From NCBI GenBank assembly GCA_965262595.1, contig OZ253548.1, positions 1,051,740-1,115,739 of the forward strand: a stretch of DNA of 64,000 bases, given 5' to 3'. Made by a program: the position numbers and the translations under genes. This DNA is from Dehalococcoidia bacterium. Its GTDB lineage: Bacteria; Chloroflexota; Dehalococcoidia; Lucifugimonadales; UBA3495. The notes under the pieces were generated by a model that ran no database searches, was not told the DNA's origin, and saw nothing but the letters and a program-made list of their open reading frames with translations. Below, piece after piece: positions 8,916-18,223 of this stretch; positions within the stretch are counted from its first letter, which is position 1, and every line of letters starts with the position of its first letter.

Positions 8916-9440
8916 AGGACTGACCGGCTACGTAGTGAACGAGACCGATGCCCCGATTTCGGGCAAGGAACGGGTCCACAAAAGCCAACAATCCCCGAAT
9001 TTCTTCCGCGGAAACGACGGGAATCGTCCGCTCGTCCACGTGAGGGCGCATGATCAAGCGGAGAGGCTTATCGACGATATAGCCACGCTCAACCGGACAA
9101 CCGAAAAACGGTTCAGCCGTCGGTATTGGGCTTCAATGTAGCCCTGGCAAACCGGGCGGTGGTTGCGGGTTCCCCTCGCGCCGAACCAGCGGGGGCGACC
9201 CAGGATGTAGATGAGGTATTCCTCAATATGGCCGGTGGGATTATCCCGAACCGGCAGCCAGCCCTGTTCCTCGGCGTAAAACGCCACCAGAGCGATGGTT
9301 CGTTCCAGGCGTTCCAGGCGTTCCAGGCGTTCCAGGCGTTCCAGGGAAGACTCAGAGTTCCGGTAGGAGGCAATCAGGCTAATGATGAAGCCCTGGCCTA
9401 AGTCACGAAGACAGGGGTCAGAAACCCGCTTGACGGTCAT
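8916..9440 (-). pseudogene. Frameshifted and truncated tyrosine recombinase (phage-type integrase) gene
   Basis: ORF 9054-9440 gives an integrase N-terminal SAM-like region. A second frame continues …PVERGYIVDKPLRLIMRPHVDERTIPVVSAEEIRGLLAFVDPFLARNRGIGLVHYVAGQS*. The catalytic R-H-R-Y domain is missing. The gene lies directly 3' of tRNA-Ile. Confidence 0.6.
9302..9346. repeat. 9-bp tandem repeat GTTCCAGGC x5
   Basis: Direct reading of 9302-9346. In frame it encodes (LER)n inside the integrase pseudogene. Confidence 0.95.
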
Positions 9441-9496
9441 TCATTCGCTGACAACCGAGGGAAAAGCCGTCAATTTATATCTGAAACACCAGAAAG

Positions 9497-9570
9497 TGGG
9501 CCTGGATGGACTCGAACCAACGACCTCGGTCTTATCAGGACCGCGCTCTAACCACCTGAGCTACAGGCCC
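9497..9570 (-). tRNA. tRNA-Ile (anticodon GAU)
   Basis: Minus strand: GGGCCUGUAGCUCAGGUGGUUAGAGCGCGGUCCUGAUAAGACCGAGGUCGUUGGUUCGAGUCCAUCCAGGCCCA. It folds as a cloverleaf with anticodon loop CUGAUAA. CCA is not encoded. Confidence 0.9.
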
Positions 9571-9603
9571 ACGGAGGGGGCAACCAACAAGGTTGACGTT
9601 TGC

Positions 9604-9632
9604 ATTATAGCAATCCAGCCCCCAGGTATCAA
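9604..9632 (-). promoter_or_regulatory. Candidate promoter of tRNA-Ile
   Basis: Minus strand TTGATA (9632-9627), 17 nt spacer, TATAAT (9609-9604), about 30 nt upstream of the tRNA 5' end. Confidence 0.55.
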
Positions 9633-9761
9633 GAACTATTATAGGGCAGTGTCGCCCTTCTCTTTAAAGATTGATTCCATACCCGGTCTGGATAACACTT
9701 TCACGCTCCGGCTAAGCGGCCAAGATATGATACGGAGAAGGCTGGAATTTCTTGACGCCGG

Positions 9762-11039
9762 TTAGCCGATATCCGGGCCGGGCCCGCTGTCCGGAGCGTC
9801 ACCGGTGACAACATTTGATGCCGGAGTTTCCTGTTCGTCGCGCCGGGAGCGCTGCCGAGGCATCGGTTCCCGGTTTTCTCCCTCTCTGGTGGTTGGCATT
9901 ACGTCGCCCCGCATCATCGCTTCAGGATTCCAGTTTCTTGGTAGGTTGATGGTACGCATCGGATAGTTGATTACGATTCCTTCTTCCTTGAACCGTTGGT
10001 GCAAATTGCGGATCAAGGCAGAGCGCAATTCAAAGCTGGCCAATCGGTTCCTTGCCTGAACAAAAAGGTAAAAATCTACGTTGGAATCATCGAAGTCCTG
10101 AAACCCGAAATAGCTGCCGTACTCCTTGACCGCGTTAGGGTCGCTTTGTAGCAGTTCGTCCATAACCTCTTGGCATACTTGCTCCACCCAGGCCAGGTCA
10201 CTTTCGTAGCTGATGCCGCAGGTCAAGAACACATTGACCTGCGGAACCGGCCCCTGGTAGTTGGTGATGATGGAGTCGGCAAAGCGGGAGTTCGGCACCA
10301 CCACCAGGTTGTTGGTCCAGGTGCGGAGACGGGTACTGCGCCAGCTTACATCCTGCACATAGCCGGCGACCCCGTTGTCCAGTTCAATATAATCCCCTGG
10401 AGTTACCACCCCTTCGGTCATAACATAGGTGCCGGCGAAGAGATTGGCCAGCGTCGGCTGCAACGCCAGAGCAACTGCCAGACCACTCAAACCCAGCCCG
10501 GCGATCAGAGGACTGATGTTGATTTTCAGCAAATCCAGGATCAACAGGGCGCCTAATCCATAAATGAGGGCGAGGGCGATCCGCCGAAATAGCGGAACAA
10601 GTCGGTCATCCATGCTGGTAGTAGTGCGAGGAGAAATGACTTCCGAGTACCATTGGAAGACGTTTGAAGCGGCAAAAGCTGTAGCTATGACGCCCAGGAG
10701 CAGGCCAATAATGCTTGCTGTCCGGCCAACCACGGTGCGCAGGTTGTCCCCCAGGTCGTGGGGCAAGATGGCGGCAAGATAAGCCCCCAGCAGCACCAGA
10801 CCCAGAACCGCCGGCCTTTGGAAGGCCCGCACCAAACGGGTGTCCAAGTCGGTGGGCGTCAGATTGGTGAACCGCCGAAGAATGGGAAAGATAACCTTGT
10901 CGAAAATACCGGCCAGCACTATGAAGAAGGCAAAGATGGCAGCGGAGGCCACTACCGGCCGCCACCATTCGTCCAACCCAAAACTGGCTAACAGGGATTC
11001 AATCAATTGCTGCTGCTCCACCAAGGATTCCTGCACCAA
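9762..11039 (-). CDS. Mechanosensitive ion channel (MscS family)
   Basis: N-terminal TM helices followed by the MscS core: LSGLAVALALQPTLANLFAGTYVMTEGVVTPGDYIELDNGVAGYVQDVSWRSTRLRTWTNNLVVVPNS. Confidence 0.85.
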   Translation of the reverse strand: MVQESLVEQQQLIESLLASFGLDEWWRPVVASAAIFAFFIVLAGIFDKVIFPILRRFTNLTPTDLDTRLVRAFQRPAVLGLVLLGAYLAAILPHDLGDNLRTVVGRTASIIGLLLGVIATAFAASNVFQWYSEVISPRTTTSMDDRLVPLFRRIALALIYGLGALLILDLLKINISPLIAGLGLSGLAVALALQPTLANLFAGTYVMTEGVVTPGDYIELDNGVAGYVQDVSWRSTRLRTWTNNLVVVPNSRFADSIITNYQGPVPQVNVFLTCGISYESDLAWVEQVCQEVMDELLQSDPNAVKEYGSYFGFQDFDDSNVDFYLFVQARNRLASFELRSALIRNLHQRFKEEGIVINYPMRTINLPRNWNPEAMMRGDVMPTTREGENREPMPRQRSRRDEQETPASNVVTGDAPDSGPGPDIG

Positions 11040-11153
11040 ATTAGCGAGACCCAGGTTTTGACTTACGCCCGGCCAAATTACGCCTTCAGGGGATTATAAC
11101 ATTGGCCTTGAGCGGTAACTTTATGCCAGGGAAGCGGATGACTGCCGCCCGGT

Positions 11154-12350
11154 TCAATCTAAACGCCCGCCTTCCAGCGGTATCACCGCGCCGGCTTCAA
11201 CTTCATAAAAGGCGGCCTTAGGGCCGAAGAATTCTTGAATCTGATCCAGGTCGGTAGTAGTAATCAGCGATTGGCGATAGCCGGATATTTTCTCCAGCAC
11301 TCGACGGCGCCGATAGCCATCCATCTCCGACAAAACATCGTCCAGCAGAATGATCGGCTCCTCATCGCGCACCGCCGCCAAATAGGAAGCCTCGGCCAGC
11401 CGGAGGGTCAAGGCCAGGGTACGAGCCTCGCCACGAGAGGCAAAGACCCCCATATCAACGCCGTCAACCAGCAACTTAAAGTCGTCGCGGTGCGGTCCGA
11501 CCGATGTACTTGCAGTAGCCAGTTCCCGCTGTCTGAAAGCAGCCAACGACTCCCTGAAGTGGGCTTCAGCAGCTTCCAGGCTGTCGGCTTGCGGTACGCT
11601 GGGACGGTGCTCCAACTGCAATTCTTCGCCAGGGCTGCTCAATTCGCGGTGGTGTCTGCGGCAAAAATGGGCCAGCAGCTTTATCGCCTCAGCCCGCTGC
11701 CGGGTTAGCCAGGCGCCTTCCTTGACCAGCTCGTCGTCCCAAAACTCCAACTCTACTGGCTCGGCACGCCGATCTCGAAGCAGGCGCAGGAGCCGATTCC
11801 GTTGCTGGACGACACGCTGGTAACGCTGCAATGCTTTCAGATATAAAGGATTGCCCTGAGATATGAGGATATCGAGATAGCGGCGGCGACCGGACGGGGC
11901 GCCCAGCACCAGTTCAATGTCATCCGCACTGAACAGCACCGCCCCAACTGTACCGACCAGGTCGGCGGCGGTGCGGCGGACCCGGCTTACCCGTATTTGT
12001 TTACGGACGGAGTAGTCCAGTCCCCGGTCCTGGTGGGTTGATTCATTCGTTCCAACTGGGCGGCTAACGCACTGGTAGCCGACAAATATGGTAATCCGCT
12101 CGCCTGCCTTGTCCAGAACTCCGCCAACCAAGGCCGCTTCCTGATTCCGAACGGCCCGAAAGTTAACCAACTCCCGCTCATTTTCGGCGCGAAAAGAGCG
12201 GGCAATAGCCAGCAGATACACTGCTTCCAACAAGCTGGTTTTTCCCTGGGCGTTGGCGCCATAAAACACCGAAACTCCCGTGGGAAGCTCCAAGTCAAGC
12301 TGGGCAAAATTGCGAAAGTTGGTCAAAGTCAGGCGAAAGAGGTAGGCCAA
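11154..12350 (-). CDS. recF: DNA replication and repair protein RecF
   Basis: N-terminus LTLTNFRNF…FYGANAQGKTSLLEAVY (Walker A) and C-terminal LLDDVLSEMD. TTG start with GGAGG 9 nt upstream. Confidence 0.9.
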   Translation of the reverse strand: MAYLFRLTLTNFRNFAQLDLELPTGVSVFYGANAQGKTSLLEAVYLLAIARSFRAENERELVNFRAVRNQEAALVGGVLDKAGERITIFVGYQCVSRPVGTNESTHQDRGLDYSVRKQIRVSRVRRTAADLVGTVGAVLFSADDIELVLGAPSGRRRYLDILISQGNPLYLKALQRYQRVVQQRNRLLRLLRDRRAEPVELEFWDDELVKEGAWLTRQRAEAIKLLAHFCRRHHRELSSPGEELQLEHRPSVPQADSLEAAEAHFRESLAAFRQRELATASTSVGPHRDDFKLLVDGVDMGVFASRGEARTLALTLRLAEASYLAAVRDEEPIILLDDVLSEMDGYRRRRVLEKISGYRQSLITTTDLDQIQEFFGPKAAFYEVEAGAVIPLEGGRLD

Positions 12351-12559
12351 CTTCCCAAGCCTCCGCTGAACACTTAAGGATCACGCCGCCCGGGCCGGGT
12401 TTATCCCATAACAGTTTTTTAACCGTCCGGACTGGCTTTCCCTTATTGTACCAGTAACCACAGCCAAGGCCGTAGTTGTTTCCGGCCCCCTGGAAATCAT
12501 TGCGGCGATTGCACCGAACATTACTTCTTCGGAGAAGGCGAACCAATCCGGCGGTCCAG

Positions 12560-12590
12560 CCAAAAGGAAAAGGCAGGGATGACCCCTGCC
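12560..12590 (-). terminator. Intrinsic terminator downstream of the Fur-family gene
   Basis: Minus-strand GGCAGGGGUCAUCCCUGCC followed by UUUUCCUUUU. Confidence 0.65.
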
Positions 12591-12652
12591 CGTCAATTAG
12601 ATCCAGTTGGATTATGTTAACCTATCAGCATAGACGCGCAGCGCATTTACGA

Positions 12653-13078
12653 TTAACCGGGCCGGCAGCCGGAGCACCAACCGTAAAAATCCACTCTTTG
12701 AGAGGACACCTGAAAATCCGATTCCCGGATTACCTGGTCCAGTAATTCAGCTACCGTCTCTTCACCCACATCGGCATCTACCACCTGGCTACACCCAATA
12801 CATACCAAATTGGCGTGGGGCGATAGGTTGGCATCATAACGGGAGAGGCGTTGGAAAGGCAATTGCCGGACCACGCCGGCCTGCTCCAGAACGTCCAGTG
12901 TGGAATATACGGTGGCGATAGTAACGTAGGGGAAAAAGTCCCTTACCCGCTCGTAAATGTCCCTGACTGACGGATGGTCCGCCGAGTTCACCACTACCTC
13001 GGCAATGGCCAACCGCTGCGGAGTCAAGCGCAGACCCAGCGGTTTCAATTTGGCGACCAACTTCTCTTGGGTCGTCAA
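12653..13078 (-). CDS. Fur-family transcriptional regulator (Fur/Zur/PerR type)
   Basis: Winged-helix N-terminus (…HPSVRDIYERV…ATVYSTLDVLEQAGVV) and two CxxC pairs (CIGCSQ, CSGC). Confidence 0.85.
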   Translation of the reverse strand: MTTQEKLVAKLKPLGLRLTPQRLAIAEVVVNSADHPSVRDIYERVRDFFPYVTIATVYSTLDVLEQAGVVRQLPFQRLSRYDANLSPHANLVCIGCSQVVDADVGEETVAELLDQVIRESDFQVSSQRVDFYGWCSGCRPG

Positions 13079-13334
13079 CGATTTTCCTCCCTACCAGTGG
13101 GGGTTAAGCCGATCGGAGCCTGGTTTAACCCGGATCCTCGCGCGCAATTCAACCCTTTCACCGACAACATTATAACACGAGATACCCAGCGGCACACCGA
13201 CCACCCGCGAACGCGCCGGAGCCTGTAGGATGGTGACCCTGTTTGATTGCTGTCGTTCCCATCCCTCAACCGGCAAGATTGGTGCCGGTAATAAGGTCTT
13301 TTACGACGGTGAAACGGTTATATCGCTCAAGAAT

Positions 13335-13361
13335 GTGGGGCAGGTTGCTAGACCTGCCCCA
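13335..13361 (-). terminator. Hairpin downstream of the NHL gene (weak U tract)
   Basis: GTGGGGCAGGT / ACCTGCCCCAC 11-bp inverted repeat, 58 nt after the stop at 13419. Confidence 0.5.
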
Positions 13362-13418
13362 CATTAACCCTTGAATATTATTTAGTAGGGCGCTTGCCCT
13401 TGGAAGATTTGCTATTGG

Positions 13419-14444
13419 CTACAAGCGGCCACCGAAGAACAAAGGCAGTTGTCGGCGGTAAACCTGAACGCGAGACCGTGCCGATTCTACGACGAACACA
13501 TTGTCGTCATCATCCACCGATACCGCTATTGGCCCCCAGAACAGCTTTTCCCGGGCCAGACCCTGAGCAATGTCCCGCTCCTGCCACATCTCGGAATTGG
13601 CGTCAAGCTTGTCCTTTCCCCACTTGGACATAACGGCGTCTCCAAGCGTTTCGGATATAAACTCGCCCCGGGCGCTGAACACTTGCAGGCGATCATTACC
13701 CCAGTCGGCCACGTAGATGTAGCCGTCCTTGTCCACCGCTACTCCGGTCGGACGGTTAAGTTCTCCGTCACCGTCGCCCGAAGAGCCAAACTTCATCAGA
13801 AACCTTCCGTCAGAGGAAAACTTCTGAATCCGGTCATTACGCCAGTCGGCGACGAAGATATCCCCATTGCGGTCAGTGGTTATGCCCCAGGGCAGGTTAA
13901 ACTCGCCGTCTCCAGTGCCTTGCTGACCCCATTGTGCCAGGAACTTGCCATCCTTGGAAAACTTCTGGATACGGTTGTTTTCGCTATCCACCAGTAACAG
14001 GTTATCTTCACTGTCGAAAGCCAGGCCGGAAGGATTGCTGATTTCACCCTCGCCGGAACCGGGTGTGCCCCAATTGCTGACGTAGTCCCCGTCCGCGGTG
14101 AAAATGGAAATCCGGTTTAACCACTCATCGGCAACATAAACATTTCCTTCGCCATCCAGAGCGATTGAGGTAGGCCAGATAAGGGAACCGGGGGCATCCG
14201 AGTCTTCGCCCTCACCGGCAGTAGTGACGCCCCGGGCAAACTCCCCGACGTAGTCCTCACCAATGGTGCAAATGGTAACTCTCTTGCCGTCGGGACGGTA
14301 TTCATAGGAGCGGCTGACCACATAAAGCAGGTCATCGGCGCCTCGGGCCATGGCGACCGGATTCCGGAAACCCGGGCCGGAGAACTCAGCCCGGCCGATG
14401 GTATGGCTGGGCTGCAAGGTGATTCCACTAATTTGAGTAGTCAT
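13419..14444 (-). CDS. NHL-repeat beta-propeller protein
   Basis: Six repeats of the type G.G.G.F..P.GIA.D..G.IYVAD..N.RIQ.F. No signal peptide. Confidence 0.8.
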   Translation of the reverse strand: MTTQISGITLQPSHTIGRAEFSGPGFRNPVAMARGADDLLYVVSRSYEYRPDGKRVTICTIGEDYVGEFARGVTTAGEGEDSDAPGSLIWPTSIALDGEGNVYVADEWLNRISIFTADGDYVSNWGTPGSGEGEISNPSGLAFDSEDNLLLVDSENNRIQKFSKDGKFLAQWGQQGTGDGEFNLPWGITTDRNGDIFVADWRNDRIQKFSSDGRFLMKFGSSGDGDGELNRPTGVAVDKDGYIYVADWGNDRLQVFSARGEFISETLGDAVMSKWGKDKLDANSEMWQERDIAQGLAREKLFWGPIAVSVDDDDNVFVVESARSRVQVYRRQLPLFFGGRL

Positions 14445-14474
14445 TCAGGCCTCCAAGTTAGGGTTTTCGGGCTT

Positions 14475-15605
14475 TTAGATAAAGTCGAACTGCTCAAAGC
14501 TGCCATTAATTAAGGGCTTGGAGTCCATTCCCATCCACCTTTCCAGCAGGGTGGAGTAGATGCTGCGGAAGTCGTTGTTGAAGTGCAGGTCGCCCTCCAG
14601 CAGCTTGTTGGCCTCCAGCGATGGATACTCGCCGAACAGCCCGCCCTTGACCGAGTCGCCGATGACGAAGGCCATACCGCCGGAGCCGTGGTCGGTTCCC
14701 GAACCGTTATCGTGAACCCGCCGGCCAAACTCGGTAAAGACCAGGAGGGTTACGTTGTCGCTGGCGTCATGCTCCTTCAGGTCATCGTAAAAGTCGCAGA
14801 TAGCCTGGGAGGTCTCAGACCACAGCGCGGCGTGGGCTGCCAACTCACCGGCGTGAGTATCAAAGCTGTTATAAGGCGCGGTGGTATAAAGGACTCGGGT
14901 GCCGAATCCGGCCAGATGCACTTGAGCGATATTCCGCAAATACTGTCCTACAGTATCGGAGCCATATTCCACCGAGGAGGAATACATCTCGGGAGCGGTG
15001 CTAAGTATATCGGCGCCCTTCAAGGCGTCCATGCCCGTCTGAGACAGGTAGTCCACCACGCCGCCGCGGCCAATCGCCGGGGAGTAGATTCGGGAGAATA
15101 CATCCAGGGCTTCCATCCGCTGCTCATCCTCAATGCCGGTCAGCACTCCATAGGTTGACAGGTTGCCTACCGAGGCCACCGGAACGCCGGGCATCGCCAA
15201 AGAGCGCGGCAGACCCCGTCCAAAGTTAACGCCGGTTAGTACGTTCTCGGCATTGGGGTCTATTTCCTTGATCGTCCGGCCCAGCCAGCCTTCCGTCCCG
15301 ACTTTGTCCGGCTCGCAAGTATGCCAGATATCCATCGAACGGAAATGAGACCGGTTGGGGTTGGGGTAGCCCACTCCCTGAATGATCGCCATCCTGCCTG
15401 CATCAAAGATTTTCTTCATCGGCCCCATATTGGGGTTAAGGCCAACGTAATCGTCAATTTTCAACACCTGCCCCTCGGGGATTCGCACCGCGGGGCGGTT
15501 GTCGGCGTACAGCGGGTCCCCGTAAGGGACTACGGTATTCAGAGCGTCGTTGCCCCCGGACAGTTGCAACACAACAAGTACCGGGTCTTTCCTGGTTGAA
15601 GTCAT
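14475..15605 (-). CDS. DUF1501 domain protein (sulfatase-fold family)
   Basis: Hallmarks LSGGNDALNTVVP, GVGYPNPNRSHFRSMDIWHT and TEFGRRVHDNGSGTDHGSGG. No N-terminal Tat or Sec signal is visible. Confidence 0.8.
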   Translation of the reverse strand: MTSTRKDPVLVVLQLSGGNDALNTVVPYGDPLYADNRPAVRIPEGQVLKIDDYVGLNPNMGPMKKIFDAGRMAIIQGVGYPNPNRSHFRSMDIWHTCEPDKVGTEGWLGRTIKEIDPNAENVLTGVNFGRGLPRSLAMPGVPVASVGNLSTYGVLTGIEDEQRMEALDVFSRIYSPAIGRGGVVDYLSQTGMDALKGADILSTAPEMYSSSVEYGSDTVGQYLRNIAQVHLAGFGTRVLYTTAPYNSFDTHAGELAAHAALWSETSQAICDFYDDLKEHDASDNVTLLVFTEFGRRVHDNGSGTDHGSGGMAFVIGDSVKGGLFGEYPSLEANKLLEGDLHFNNDFRSIYSTLLERWMGMDSKPLINGSFEQFDFI

Positions 15606-15649
15606 TACATCTCCTCCTCTAGCGTGTAAAGCAGTAACCCACCTTGACC

Positions 15650-17065
15650 CTAGGCGAACTGATACTCCTGGGTTGAAACAATCAACTGAAGAGTTTGTCC
15701 CACCCGCTGGGAAAAATGCTCGGTGCCCGGGACCAGGTCCCCACCTTTAGACAGATGGTCCACCAACTGTGAACGGGTAACTTCGGCCAGTTCATAAGCT
15801 CCCAGCAACTCCAGACACCGGTCCACCAAGTCCTCGGGGGACACGGCGGAGTCCGAAGCGCCATTTTCAGCAACCCGGTTGACCATATCGCGCACACCGG
15901 GGAGCGTAAGGTTACCTAACTGGTCGGCAGCAAAATTAATTCGTTCAACCAGAGTCCCACTATCAATCCACTCACCGCCGGTATGCCAGCCTTCAACCGT
16001 CGGAGGATTCATCAAGTCCTGCCCCATATAGCGGATAGTCATCGCCAGGTTATGCAGGCCGGGTTTCGGAGAAGTATAGTCCTGCACCAGACGCATAGTG
16101 CCGATAACCGCCTCGGCCGGACTCTTTACTTTGGCAAAACGGGCGTTCTTGAAAAAGTCGGAGTTAAACAACACCCGCAGCATGGATCGAATATCATAAC
16201 CGGAGCGGAAATATTCCTCTTCCAATACGCTGATGGCTTCCAGGTCTCGGGGCGGCGTGTCCTGCCAAGCGGGGACTTGCGGCTCATCGGCTACAAAGAA
16301 GTTATACAGGTGGCGGGCCACAAATCTGGCGGTGGCGGGCTGCTTGGCAATAATATTTACAATGTCCTCGCCGTCCCAGCGTCCGGTTTCACCGAGGAAG
16401 GTCTTGTCGGTGTCGTCGTGGTCGCCCTGGTTGTAAACGAAGCTGGCCTCGTAACGTCCGTAGGGATAACGGGGGATGGCATTGGTTATCGTCCAGCCGG
16501 TAAAGGCGCGGGCGCACTCCTTGACATCATCCTCCGAGTAGTTCGCATCGCCGTTCATGCCCACGCCCAGGGAGAACAGTTCCAGCAGTTCCCGGCCCCA
16601 GTTCTCATTAATGGCTTCCTTGTGACTCATACAGTTGTCCAGGTAAAAGACCATTGCCGGATCGGCGGCCAGGCCCAAGAGCAAGTCGCGGAAGCTGCCC
16701 ATACCCGAATTGCGGAACATATCCACCTGAAGTTTTATCTGGCGGCCATGCTCACATTTGGAATTGCCGGTACAGAAGATACCGTGCCAAAAGAGGGCTA
16801 TTTTCTCCTCCAAAGGACGGTGGGTGTTAATCATCCGGTAAGTCCAATAAGCCTGATTAACCTCCAGTGCGTTCAACTCTTTCCAGTCAATAAAGCGGCG
16901 CTCCAAAATGTCGGTTTCCAGATTCGGCTGGTTTTCCGGATGGAGCAGCTCCTCCACGGTAGCCTCATACCCCAGGGCCGCCCGCTGTTCCAGCTCCTTG
17001 TAGCTGGCGCCAAAGCCGGCCCGGCGCATCAGGTGAGCCATCAACGCAACATCATTATTTGCCAT
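15650..17065 (-). CDS. DUF1800 domain protein
   Basis: N-terminal HLMRRAGFGASYKELE motif. It has the size and the adjacent DUF1501 partner typical of the DUF1800/DUF1501 pair. Confidence 0.75.
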   Translation of the reverse strand: MANNDVALMAHLMRRAGFGASYKELEQRAALGYEATVEELLHPENQPNLETDILERRFIDWKELNALEVNQAYWTYRMINTHRPLEEKIALFWHGIFCTGNSKCEHGRQIKLQVDMFRNSGMGSFRDLLLGLAADPAMVFYLDNCMSHKEAINENWGRELLELFSLGVGMNGDANYSEDDVKECARAFTGWTITNAIPRYPYGRYEASFVYNQGDHDDTDKTFLGETGRWDGEDIVNIIAKQPATARFVARHLYNFFVADEPQVPAWQDTPPRDLEAISVLEEEYFRSGYDIRSMLRVLFNSDFFKNARFAKVKSPAEAVIGTMRLVQDYTSPKPGLHNLAMTIRYMGQDLMNPPTVEGWHTGGEWIDSGTLVERINFAADQLGNLTLPGVRDMVNRVAENGASDSAVSPEDLVDRCLELLGAYELAEVTRSQLVDHLSKGGDLVPGTEHFSQRVGQTLQLIVSTQEYQFA

Positions 17066-17301
17066 TCCTGTCCCTCCTAACCGTATATTACTTGGATACT
17101 ATAGCGTAGCTATTTCAAAAAGTGGGGCTATATTTTCGCGAACCAAGCGGTCTGCCGGCGCGGTACTTTTGGGCGATATCCGCTGCAGTACCCCGGCGCT
17201 CTTCCCGGCAAGTTGACAATGCTCCCAAACCTCTGATCGCCGCAATGAGCGAACGGGGAGCTACGGGAAATGACCGAATACTTGCGATGGGTAGTTATCG
17301 C

Positions 17302-17349
17302 CATATTAGGCATTGGTTCTCCCAGTGTCAAGATGCCTCGCCTAATATG
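17302..17349 (-). promoter_or_regulatory. Candidate promoter bracketed by a 10-bp inverted repeat (possible operator) for the DUF1800 operon
   Basis: Minus strand TTGACA (17331-17326), 17 nt spacer, TAATAT (17308-17303). Arms CATATTAGGC (17302-17311) and GCCTAATATG (17340-17349) flank it. This implies a leader of about 230 nt before the ATG at 17065. Confidence 0.4.
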
Positions 17350-17616
17350 CGTTATAGACTAGTTTATGACAGTTTTATAACTCACAATCGTAGTTTTAAT
17401 ACGAAACACGTACTTACCCGATGGTTTGAATTTTACTGGTATCAGAACTCTTGAACCAGGGCCGGGAGACAAAAGGGCCGCCGGCTAAATCAAACTGCCA
17501 GCGACCCTGAAATGGGGTAGCCATTCTCTGGATTCCAAATCGAGAAGAACCGAAAACAGGAGCTACCAGGCATAAGGCTAGTTGCCACCGAACCGGCGGC
17601 GATGTTGACGCAGAGT

Positions 17617-17979
17617 TCAATCATCCATAATAACCGGTATGCCCGCGGCCTCCGCTTTGGCTACCGCCTCCGGGTTGATAACGCCGTCCTGCATCCAAAT
17701 ATACTTGACGCCAACTTCAATAGCTTCGTCCACCACGGGCGCCACCAGTTCGGACCGGCGGAATACGTCCACCATGTCGATCGGCTCCGGCACCGATTTT
17801 AGGTCAGGATAGCTTTTCTCGCCCAGCGCTTCCTCAATCATTGGGTTTACCGGAATAATGCGGTAGCCTTGGGACTGCATATACCGGGAAACTCGGTAGC
17901 TGTCCCGCTCCGGGTTGTCCGATAAACCAACCACGGCAATGGTCTTACTGTTGCGCAGTTGTTCCTCCACCAAATCCAT
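17617..17979 (-). CDS. CoA-binding domain protein (YccU/YneT-like)
   Basis: KTIAVVGLSDNPERDSYRVSRYMQSQGYRIIPVNP, followed by DVFRR…; 120 aa. Confidence 0.8.
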   Translation of the reverse strand: MDLVEEQLRNSKTIAVVGLSDNPERDSYRVSRYMQSQGYRIIPVNPMIEEALGEKSYPDLKSVPEPIDMVDVFRRSELVAPVVDEAIEVGVKYIWMQDGVINPEAVAKAEAAGIPVIMDD

Positions 17980-18223
17980 ATCAATAACCCTCCAGAAAAC
18001 TTGGGCTGGCCGACCGACCGGCGGCGGACCGGAAATCCACCGTCGGAACGGTTGCGCCTATTATTGCACATTTATTGCGCCTTCCGGTAATCCGCCTGGC
18101 ATCCTGGGCGGTTGCCACCCGTGACCAGGTTGAATCTTTTCCTTTATACTGATGGAAGTTACTGGATTTCGCTTGATCAACAGCAGTAGGGCCACCAAGA
18201 ATAGACCACAATCGGGAGGGGTA

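Larger units (their letters stand above)
8477..9496 (-). mobile_element. Decayed remnant of a tRNA-Ile-associated integrative element
   Basis: An integrase pseudogene abuts the 3' end of tRNA-Ile(GAU), followed by a hydrolase remnant. No intact att repeat was found by eye. Confidence 0.35.

Noticed and set aside
9113-9401. ORFs 9113-9373 (-) and 9126-9401 (+), with WNAWNAWNAW or FQAFQAFQAF repeats.
   Set aside because: These are alternative-frame readings of the same 9-bp tandem repeat. The integrase-like frame (LERLER…) is the only one with flanking family-like sequence.
15983-17080. Long antisense ORFs: 15983-17080 (+, 365 aa), 35089-36150 (+, 353 aa), 30459-31454 (-, 331 aa), 54106-55104 (-, 332 aa), 47760-48722 (+, 320 aa), 50891-51868 (-, 325 aa), 24314-25003 (+) and others.
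   Set aside because: Each lies opposite a gene with clear family motifs (DUF1800, cyclase, amidase, crotonase/PPIase, uvrC, peptidase, adhesin). Their translations are Arg/Gly/Pro/His-rich low-information text, typical of shadow ORFs in high-GC DNA.
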